DNA of 64,000 nucleotides, taken from the NCBI GenBank assembly GCA_034090045.1, contig JAXDTI010000001.1, positions 7,092 through 71,091 on the forward strand. Reading direction: 5' to 3'. Position numbers and translations under genes: made by a program. This document shows, piece after piece, positions 1 to 6,628 of the stretch. Positions within the stretch are counted from its first letter, which is position 1. The number at the start of each line of letters is the position of its first letter. The notes beneath the pieces are model-generated. The model saw only the letters and a program-made list of their open reading frames with translations, made no database searches and was not told the origin of the DNA. Origin of the DNA: Varibaculum sp. GTDB lineage: Bacteria; Actinomycetota; Actinomycetes; Actinomycetales; Actinomycetaceae.

Positions 1-767
1 CTGTCGATGATGACTGGCATCCCATCAGGAATGACGATATCCGCGTACTTGTAGACGCCCGTGTACCTGTCGTTCTTCAGCACGCTCCTCAGCCCGTTTA
101 TCGTGAACTTCCTGTCAAGTGCCGTGGTTATGCCCTGAGCGTTCAGCTCGTCGGCTATCTTCTGCATCGGCTTGCCGTCAACGTAGTCGTGAAAGATTCT
201 CTGAACCACGGGCGCCTTCGCAGGGTCAATCTCATAACGCTTGTCCGCCGCCGTCTTGTAGCCCAATATCTTTTGACCGTTGGATAGCGCGTTCTTGGCG
301 TTATACCTCAGCCCTCGCTCAATGTTCTCTCGCGACGAATCGCTCCACATCTGCGCGAACGCATCCATCACCGCTTCGGTGAACTTGCCCTGCGATGTGC
401 TCACATCAGGCGCATTCTCCGCAACATACTCGATGCTGCACCCAGCTTCACGAATCTTTCTCTTGGCATAGGTCAGCTGCAAAACATCACGACCCAATCT
501 ATCGTTCTTCCACATGATGAGAACGGCAGGACGCAGCTTTGCGACCTCTGAAAGCATCAGCTTGTAATTTGGTCTGTTATCGTCCTGCCCAGACATCGCA
601 CGGTCTGCATACTCCTTGAGTATGCTGTAACCGTGCTCAGCCGCATAAAGCTGCACCAGCTCCTGCTGTTCCTCGATAGAAGCATCGTTCTGGGAGCTTG
701 ACGAGTAGCGGTAATAGGCAATAGCAAGATTATTATCGTTCTGAACAAATTTCTTTGTCTTTGCCAC
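1..767 (-). CDS. Large serine recombinase, N-terminal part only; the C-terminus lies beyond the left edge
   Basis: Absent from the ORF track because it runs off the window. Manual reverse-strand translation from GTG at 767 (AGGAGG 11 nt upstream) gives VAKTKKFVQNDNNLAIAYYRYSSSSQNDASIEEQQELVQLYAAEHGYSILKEYADRAMSGQDDNRPNYKLMLSEVAKLRPAVLIMWKNDRLGRD... The AxYxRxSS..Q catalytic-serine motif and the DRLGR motif of resolvase-type recombinases are present. A recombinase-domain-like region follows (PAKAPVVQRIFHDYVDGKPMQKIADELN...). Confidence 0.85.
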   Translation of the reverse strand, partial: MAKTKKFVQNDNNLAIAYYRYSSSSQNDASIEEQQELVQLYAAEHGYSILKEYADRAMSGQDDNRPNYKLMLSEVAKLRPAVLIMWKNDRLGRDVLQLTYAKRKIREAGCSIEYVAENAPDVSTSQGKFTEAVMDAFAQMWSDSSRENIERGLRYNAKNALSNGQKILGYKTAADKRYEIDPAKAPVVQRIFHDYVDGKPMQKIADELNAQGITTALDRKFTINGLRSVLKNDRYTGVYKYADIVIPDGMPVIID

Positions 768-795
768 CTATAAGGTCACCTCCTAAATTCACTGT

Positions 796-2112
796 CTATA
801 TTTCATCGTCTACAAGTGCAAAAATCCAAGATAACCACGCCAAAACACTTGTTGCTCTACGATGCACGGTTGAGCCTTCATTGCAGACATTTAGTCGCAA
901 CATTTCCTTTTCAACGTATGGTTTATCAGGAAATTCACCACTATTCACAACGATACCGAACAAATCATGAAAGATTTGATGTCGCAATATCAGGCTGGTG
1001 TAAGCTAACTGACGCTCTCTATAACGCATGTTCAGTATTTTGTGCGCTGTATCTGTCAGACTTGTTGCATTACGCGAACGTTGAAACAGTCCTAAATATT
1101 CACCCGCAGCTGGGTAATATGCAGCCTGTCGCGCTACCAAGCCCATATGCTCGGTAACCTGCTCTGTAGTCAACGTATTATCTTCAGCAGAGCTTAAGCG
1201 TTCCGCAAGCGATATTACTCTATCAAATCTATCCGCTTGAATAAACGGAATTTTCTTATCCACCTGTTTATCCTGATTATCATCAGTTACCACAGGCGTA
1301 TTCTTCCATACATCGACAATATCCTTCTCTGAAATCTGGCAATCCTCAAACGTATAGGCTTGTTTGTTTCGTAATCTAATTGAAGAGAAAGAAGTTGGCT
1401 CAGTAAACTCGTATTCATACAAATGATAAGTCAGATTTGTGTACTGGGAAAATACCAATCTAATAGGTTTCTGAACTATAGCAAGGTATTTTCTATACGG
1501 AAAATAAAGCTGTCGTACATTAAAGTCATCATTACGAATATTCTTGGCTTCCATAATGCATACAGACCGCTGTGATTCAAAACCACCATCAATTTCAAGT
1601 TGCGCCTTGCTAACATTGATGGTCTTCTTTGCTGTACCATCTAATAAATTAACGTCAAACGAAAAATCGCCAGTTCCCATTCGACCATTAAAAGTCTCCA
1701 ATAGGCCCTGCTCTTCTTCATCAAGAAAATTCTCCAAAGTATGCGTTGCTAGAAGCGCATTTATCGCATTTGATTCGCTTGTGATATTTTCTAATCGTAA
1801 GGTTTCGTAATCGGGTAAGGTTATAGGCGTCGGTTTCAGCTTCGTAACATCTGGAAACTTCTCATACAAATCAAACTTTCCTAGTACATAAGAATGCCGA
1901 GAAACTGGCAGTACATTCAATCCAAGCTCTTTTAGAGGACCAGCAACCGATTCTGAAGTATCAAACTTTGTCATCAATCGAGGCTCTCTAAAAGCTTTAA
2001 TTTCATTTGCTTGGATTTCATATATCCCACCTTGACTAGTATTTTCCTCAATGGGATACCTTGCTAATATCTCCTTCCAAGCTTTATCCAATTTACCCAT
2101 GGAATCAGCCAC
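796..2112 (-). CDS. Putative type II restriction endonuclease (PD-(D/E)XK-like core, C-terminal helical extension)
   Basis: 438-aa ORF whose start overlaps the stop of the upstream Dam-type methyltransferase by 8 nt. The candidate nuclease motif is ...AQLEIDGGFES...VCIMEAKN (D...E-x-K). No family name recognised. The region is AT-rich like the methyltransferase gene. Confidence 0.55.
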   Translation of the reverse strand: MADSMGKLDKAWKEILARYPIEENTSQGGIYEIQANEIKAFREPRLMTKFDTSESVAGPLKELGLNVLPVSRHSYVLGKFDLYEKFPDVTKLKPTPITLPDYETLRLENITSESNAINALLATHTLENFLDEEEQGLLETFNGRMGTGDFSFDVNLLDGTAKKTINVSKAQLEIDGGFESQRSVCIMEAKNIRNDDFNVRQLYFPYRKYLAIVQKPIRLVFSQYTNLTYHLYEYEFTEPTSFSSIRLRNKQAYTFEDCQISEKDIVDVWKNTPVVTDDNQDKQVDKKIPFIQADRFDRVISLAERLSSAEDNTLTTEQVTEHMGLVARQAAYYPAAGEYLGLFQRSRNATSLTDTAHKILNMRYRERQLAYTSLILRHQIFHDLFGIVVNSGEFPDKPYVEKEMLRLNVCNEGSTVHRRATSVLAWLSWIFALVDDEI

Positions 2113-2947
2113 TAATCAATACCTCCTTCACAGCTCCCCTTCTATCACCACGTGAATTGATAGAACGCTTTGCCGTTACTATTTCTATTTTGAAATCCTT
2201 ATACAGCTCGCGAATCTCTTCACAGTCACTATTTGACTGCAAGAAATGAATTCCACGCTCACGCAGCTTAATACATTCATCTCGCAGGCGAACTTGTTCG
2301 TCATATCCGAATCCCTCTTGGGTGTACCCCGTAAATGCTGAAGTGGCTGTAATTGGCATATAAGGCGGGTCTAAGTAGACAAAGGCGCCCTTTGGCAAAT
2401 CTTTTAGGGATTCAGCAAAATCCCCTTGGCGCATATCAATATCTGCTTCACTGAAGTATTTATGCAGTGCCCTGATGCCAACTTCATTTACAATATTAGG
2501 GTGCTTGTACCTTCCATAAGGAACATTGAGTTGACCAGCAGAATTCACCCTGAAAAGACCATTAAAACAAGTCTTGTTCAAGTAAATAATCCTTGCAGCT
2601 TTTTCAACACTCGATAGTTCGTCAAACCCCGATTCTCTATCAAGCCCTCGAACACGGTAGAACCATTCACTGCCCAGCTGTTCATTCTTCTCTTCATGCA
2701 CAGCCAATTCTTTAATGAGCTCGTTTGGGTTATCTCTTACAACCATATAAACATTGATTAGCTCTTCGTTGTAATCGTTGATTCGCACATGTTGTGGCTG
2801 TTTATCAAATAGAACAGCACCGCCGCCTACAAAAGGCTCAACATAATAGCTAATTTTCTTTGGTAGCCTTTGCTCTATTTCATCAAGCAATTGTCTTTTA
2901 CCACCTACCCACTTCAGGATAGGCTTAACAAGTTTATTCTTTTTCAA
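2105..2947 (-). CDS. Dam-family (D12 class) N6-adenine DNA methyltransferase
   Basis: 280 aa with a TTG start. The N-terminal KPILKWVGGKRQLL motif and the catalytic FVYLDPPY (DPPY) motif are typical of Dam/D12 m6A methyltransferases. Confidence 0.9.
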   Translation of the reverse strand: MKKNKLVKPILKWVGGKRQLLDEIEQRLPKKISYYVEPFVGGGAVLFDKQPQHVRINDYNEELINVYMVVRDNPNELIKELAVHEEKNEQLGSEWFYRVRGLDRESGFDELSSVEKAARIIYLNKTCFNGLFRVNSAGQLNVPYGRYKHPNIVNEVGIRALHKYFSEADIDMRQGDFAESLKDLPKGAFVYLDPPYMPITATSAFTGYTQEGFGYDEQVRLRDECIKLRERGIHFLQSNSDCEEIRELYKDFKIEIVTAKRSINSRGDRRGAVKEVLISG

Positions 2948-2964
2948 GCTATTGCCTCCTATCC

Positions 2965-3141
2965 TTAGTTGCCAGTATTTGACGTTTTTGCATGCTTTGT
3001 TGCAAATTCTTTTGCTGCAAGACGCAAGAATGCCGATAGAGATAAGCCATATTCATTAGCCATATCTTTGATTTCGTTTTTTTCTGATTCAGTAAGTGAA
3101 ATCGAAACCGCCACTCGCTTTTTATCTAGTTCACTTAGCAT
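2965..3141 (-). CDS. Small ribbon-helix-helix (CopG/Arc/MetJ-like) DNA-binding protein, probable controller of the R-M operon
   Basis: 58-aa ORF below the track cut-off, found by hand: MLSELDKKRVAVSISLTESEKNEIKDMANEYGLSLSAFLRLAAKEFATKHAKTSNTGN. It shows a beta-strand (RVAVSISL) followed by two helices, the RHH pattern. GAGGAG lies 6 nt before the ATG. It is the first gene, 17 nt upstream of the methyltransferase. Confidence 0.6.
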   Translation of the reverse strand: MLSELDKKRVAVSISLTESEKNEIKDMANEYGLSLSAFLRLAAKEFATKHAKTSNTGN

Positions 3142-3204
3142 AGATTCTCCTCATTTATGAACACAAATATACTTTCATAGTATAGCATGCAGCCATTATT
3201 TTTT

Positions 3205-3243
3205 CAATAAGTCTTACATAAGCCTTACATAAGAATTCATAAG
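3205..3243. promoter_or_regulatory. Helically phased direct repeats (candidate operator) in the divergent promoter region
   Basis: CTTACATAAG occurs at 3213-3222 and 3224-3233 (11-bp period). It is flanked by degenerate copies CAATAAG (3205-3211) and TTCATAAG (3236-3243). The array lies about 65-100 bp upstream of the RHH gene start. Confidence 0.35.
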
Positions 3244-3348
3244 TAATTGTTAATTTTTCTGGCAAAAGTATGCGATTGAGTTCTTTTCCAATGCCCCAGC
3301 AAGACCGTCTGAAGACGGTCGAGATTGCACTCAGAAAAGGAGGATTCC

Positions 3349-3624
3349 ATGGATTTCAACGATTACATCCAGACCTACGAGGACTTGGCACGTCAGGTTG
3401 GCGGGATGGTGCTCGCGAACGAGATTGCGAAGCGCCCGCTCGAGCCAGTTGGTGGCAGCTGGGGCGACGAGATTTACCAGTTCTATATCGTCTCTGACCC
3501 GTCGTTCCTATTAGAGCACACAGACGAGCCGGTCTTCTACGACAGCGAGCTTGACCTGTGCGTATGGGGAATAACCCACTTCGGCACAGCTTGGGACTAC
3601 GTCCCAGCGCCTGAGCTTCACTAA
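3349..3624 (+). CDS. Hypothetical small, strongly acidic protein (91 aa)
   Basis: The ATG at 3349 is preceded by AAAGGAGG. The product MDFNDYIQTYEDLARQVGG... has 17 D/E against 3 K/R by hand count. A strong intrinsic terminator follows. The track ORF 3325-3624 is the same frame with an upstream start. Confidence 0.55.
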   Translation: MDFNDYIQTYEDLARQVGGMVLANEIAKRPLEPVGGSWGDEIYQFYIVSDPSFLLEHTDEPVFYDSELDLCVWGITHFGTAWDYVPAPELH

Positions 3625-3630
3625 GGCGCA

Positions 3631-3669
3631 AATAAGCGGCTCCCAATTGCGGGAACCGCTTATTTTTTT
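3631..3669 (+). terminator. Rho-independent terminator
   Basis: AATAAGCGGCTCCC-AATTGC-GGGAACCGCTTATT forms a ~14-bp stem with one mismatch, followed by a T-run (3664-3669). Confidence 0.75.
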
Positions 3670-3696
3670 ACTCGTACTGCTCGCTATCAGTCTGAT

Positions 3697-3939
3697 ATGC
3701 TGTCTTATCTGCCTCGCAACAACTACGTGCTCACGAGTCTCGACAACTACCTCAATGCTGACATCAACTTTGTCATCGAGTACCACGATAAAGATGGCTC
3801 CATCCAGCAGGTGCGGACACACTCGCCACTCACGGTGCTCACTAGCATTCCCAGAATTGATGGATTCACGGCAGAGCAAGTGTGCATGAACGCATTACGG
3901 CGCTGGAACACCCAGTCTTTTGGATGGTCTCAACCCTGA
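3697..3939 (+). CDS. Hypothetical protein (80 aa)
   Basis: The ORF has mostly C/G-ending codons, consistent with coding. There is no convincing SD. It lies in the same frame as the preceding 91-aa gene, beyond that gene's TAA and terminator. Confidence 0.4.
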   Translation: MLSYLPRNNYVLTSLDNYLNADINFVIEYHDKDGSIQQVRTHSPLTVLTSIPRIDGFTAEQVCMNALRRWNTQSFGWSQP

Positions 3940-3959
3940 GACTTTCCAACTCACACCGA

Positions 3960-4496
3960 CTAACGCTTCTTCCGTTGACGCTGCTTGCTGCGCTCCTTTG
4001 CCGCAAAAATCCTTCGGAACTCACCGAAGTTCAATTTAGACATCTCCATATTCAATGTCTTTCCATCCTTCAGCCTAACCTTGTATGTTGTGGCTCCAGA
4101 GAACATCCGATACAGGGTGTAGTCGATATCGTCTGAAGTAAAGTCAACGTTTCTGAAAAACGATCGGATTTGCAATATGCCCTCGTAGACTCGCATCCGA
4201 TAAGAAGCGATTTGGGCAGTATAGGCCAAACCAGCTAGGGCAGCGATCGCTAGGGCGGCGGTGCTCACGACATTGGAAATCGGCTGACCTGGCTGGAAGG
4301 AAACCCAAAGTGTAAGCAGAAAAACAGGCAAGCAGATGAGTGCTAGAACGAGCCAAGAGCCGGGCGGATACTTTTGCCATTTCACAGGATTATGTCTATT
4401 TCGCCTGTCTAGAACACGTTGTTGGTAACGGAAGAGCAGAACGGCAAAGAGGATGACAACGGCGAGCAATACGACGCCAAAGTACACTGTTTCCAC
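3960..4496 (-). CDS. Membrane protein (3 predicted TM helices, C-terminal soluble domain possibly PH-like, basic tail)
   Basis: 178 aa; GTG start with GGAGAT 7 nt upstream. Hydrophobic segments are VYFGVVLLAVVILFAVLLF, WLVLALICLPVFLLTLWV and VVSTAALAIAALAGLAY. It lies immediately downstream of the tmRNA 3' end on the same strand. Confidence 0.55.
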   Translation of the reverse strand: METVYFGVVLLAVVILFAVLLFRYQQRVLDRRNRHNPVKWQKYPPGSWLVLALICLPVFLLTLWVSFQPGQPISNVVSTAALAIAALAGLAYTAQIASYRMRVYEGILQIRSFFRNVDFTSDDIDYTLYRMFSGATTYKVRLKDGKTLNMEMSKLNFGEFRRIFAAKERSKQRQRKKR

Positions 4497-4529
4497 GAAC
4501 TATCTCCAATTCAATTGGGGAATATTGAG

Positions 4530-4916
4530 TGGAGATGGGGGGAATCGAACCCCCGTCCGATAGGTATTCCTCGACTCTTCTCCGGGCGCAGCCCACAGTT
4601 TTATTTCTCGGCCCTGACCCATTATGTGGGCACTTGAAGGTCAATAGGCTCAGTCGGCTAAATCTCGGAGGCGCGCCACCGACCTAACGCGCATCCCAGT
4701 GGCTCCCTGAACGACGCCAACGCCGGGGCCGGAAGCATCTCCCCGGGTGACGGACTTTTTATAGGCTCGTCAAGCACGCCTGATCAGGCGGCGAGAGCGA
4801 AGTCAGTGCGGTTATGTTCAGCACCTATTAGTTTGCAGACAGCGTTTACGAGATGAGTCCACATTCTCGACCCGCTTCTTTCGAATCAACACATACCGTC
4901 GAAACCGATCATCCCC
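4530..4916 (-). ncRNA. ssrA: tmRNA (transfer-messenger RNA)
   Basis: The reverse strand begins GGGGATGATCGGTTTCGACGG and ends GGGGGTTCGATTCCCCCCATCTCCA, a tRNA-Ala-like acceptor with G3-U pair and a T-arm. The internal tag ORF GCTGAACATAACCGCACTGACTTCGCTCTCGCCGCCTGA encodes (G)AEHNRTDFALAA*. smpB is nearby. Confidence 0.92.
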
Positions 4917-5175
4917 AATATTGAGTTATCAAACCGCTCCCGCTGCGTAAAGCGCGCTGAGCAGTACTTCACAATACAACAGGTCAGAGATAAAGGCAAC
5001 ACTTCCAGTGTTTCTCGGTTACGGGTTTTTCCGTTGCGCCCACAACACGATCCCCAGATTCAATACAGGATGTCAGGAAAATGCTGTGAATATATCCCGC
5101 CATCGCAGTCCGCTTAGGTAAAACCGCAGCACAGGCTATACCCTTGAAAGGATTCTTTAGACACGGGAGGCTAAA

Positions 5176-5805
5176 ATGTCAGCGGAAAACACGGAGACAC
5201 CGCCAGGAACTTTCAAACCTAGTTTCCGGATGAGTATGCGCGACCTCATCAACATCGGCATATTCCTGGTGCTGTATTTCATTACGATGGCAGTGAACGC
5301 CACCGCGGCAGCCGGCCCGGTGTGGATTTACTTGGCGCTGGTGATTTCCGCACCGCTGGGCGGCATAGTCTTTGAACTGTTCCTCACCCGCGTGCAGCAC
5401 GCCGGCATGATTCTGATTTTCGGCATCATTTTCGGTGCCGGCATCTCCACGATTCACGGTTGGCAGACGATGATTACCGTCCTGTTTTTCTCCCTGCTCT
5501 CCGAAACCATTGTTTACCTGGGGCGTTACCGTTCTAAGTTGGCGAACCTGTGGGCATACCCGGCGTTTCAACTCTGGTGTATGGGTCCGATTATCCCGAT
5601 CCTGTTCACCGCGCAAGCCTATCGCGATATGCTCATCAACCAGCGCGGCAAGTCCGTTGAATACGCCGACGGGGTGATCGCCTGGTCACATAATCCGCTG
5701 TTCATCACAGCAATCGTCGCCGGCATTGTACTGCTTTCGATTGTCGGAGCCTGGGTTGGGCAGAAACTGCTGCGCAAGCACTTCGAGAAAGCCGGCATCG
5801 CCTGA
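5176..5805 (+). CDS. ECF transporter substrate-capture (S) component, Trep_Strep/MptD-like family, substrate unknown
   Basis: 209 aa with ~6 TM helices and GGGAGG before the ATG. EcfT and a fused double ATPase follow directly. The family assignment comes from remembered sequence pattern only. Confidence 0.7.
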   Translation: MSAENTETPPGTFKPSFRMSMRDLINIGIFLVLYFITMAVNATAAAGPVWIYLALVISAPLGGIVFELFLTRVQHAGMILIFGIIFGAGISTIHGWQTMITVLFFSLLSETIVYLGRYRSKLANLWAYPAFQLWCMGPIIPILFTAQAYRDMLINQRGKSVEYADGVIAWSHNPLFITAIVAGIVLLSIVGAWVGQKLLRKHFEKAGIA

Positions 5806-5809
5806 ACCG

Positions 5810-6628
5810 ATGACAGCCCAGCCGCAAAACCCCTCGATCGTAGTGCCTCTCACCCGAGAACCAATGGGTGCCACCAAAACGTGGGCTGCAACACCGGAGC
5901 GCCCCACCCGTGAATATCGTATCGGACGTTCCGCCCTGGTCATGGATCCGCGCACCAAACTGCTGTTACTGCTGGTCGTGAACGTATGTGTAATGACCGT
6001 GGTGAACACTACAGTAACCTTTACCGCCCTGGCACTGGTGATTCTGCTGCTCGCCGAGAACCGTAACTGGCGGGTTCTGCTCGGGTTTATTCTGCTGTGG
6101 CTGTTGTTTTGGGGGCTACACGAGTTGACGATTCTGGTGCCGCACTGGCTTGGGGCAATCATATCGGTGGTCGCGAAATACGGTACCCGTGTTCTGATTG
6201 TGGTGGCCTCGGCGGTGTGGATGCTCACCTCCACAACTCCGGCGGCTTTCGTGGCGGCACTCCGCCGCGCCCACGTTCCTATGGCAATAACCGTTCCGGT
6301 GTCGGTCATGTTCAGGTTTTTCCCGGCAGCTTGGGTTGAGTTGCGTTCCATCTGGGACGCAATGAAACTACGCGGATTGTTTACCTCCGCAACCCAGATG
6401 GCCGCCCACCCGATGCGCGCTGCCGAATACATAACAGTCCCACTAATCGGCGCGACCCTGCAGATGGCAGACGACTTGTCGGCATCAGCGATGAGTCGTG
6501 GACTGGGGCAACCAAACCATCCAACCTCGATTGCTCGCATCGGTTTCGGTCTCGGAGACCTGGTCGGGTTGGCGGCAGGCGTGACACTGATAACCGTGTT
6601 CGTTTTGGCTTGGCGGGGGGTGGTTTGA
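5810..6628 (+). CDS. ECF transporter transmembrane (T) component, EcfT/CbiQ family
   Basis: Polytopic protein between the S component and the ATPase, with a CbiQ-like pattern (MDPRTKLLLLLVV..., ...ALRRAHVP...). The start is uncertain: ATG 5810, or the ATG giving MDPRTKLL. Its stop overlaps the ATPase start (ATGA). Confidence 0.78.
   Translation: MTAQPQNPSIVVPLTREPMGATKTWAATPERPTREYRIGRSALVMDPRTKLLLLLVVNVCVMTVVNTTVTFTALALVILLLAENRNWRVLLGFILLWLLFWGLHELTILVPHWLGAIISVVAKYGTRVLIVVASAVWMLTSTTPAAFVAALRRAHVPMAITVPVSVMFRFFPAAWVELRSIWDAMKLRGLFTSATQMAAHPMRAAEYITVPLIGATLQMADDLSASAMSRGLGQPNHPTSIARIGFGLGDLVGLAAGVTLITVFVLAWRGVV

Noticed and set aside
4917-5175. Possible riboswitch in the 259-bp leader of the ECF operon
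   Set aside because: I could not find conserved cores for TPP, FMN, cobalamin, preQ1, SAM or the other classes I know. The region must also hold the divergent ssrA promoter. A covariance-model scan would be needed.
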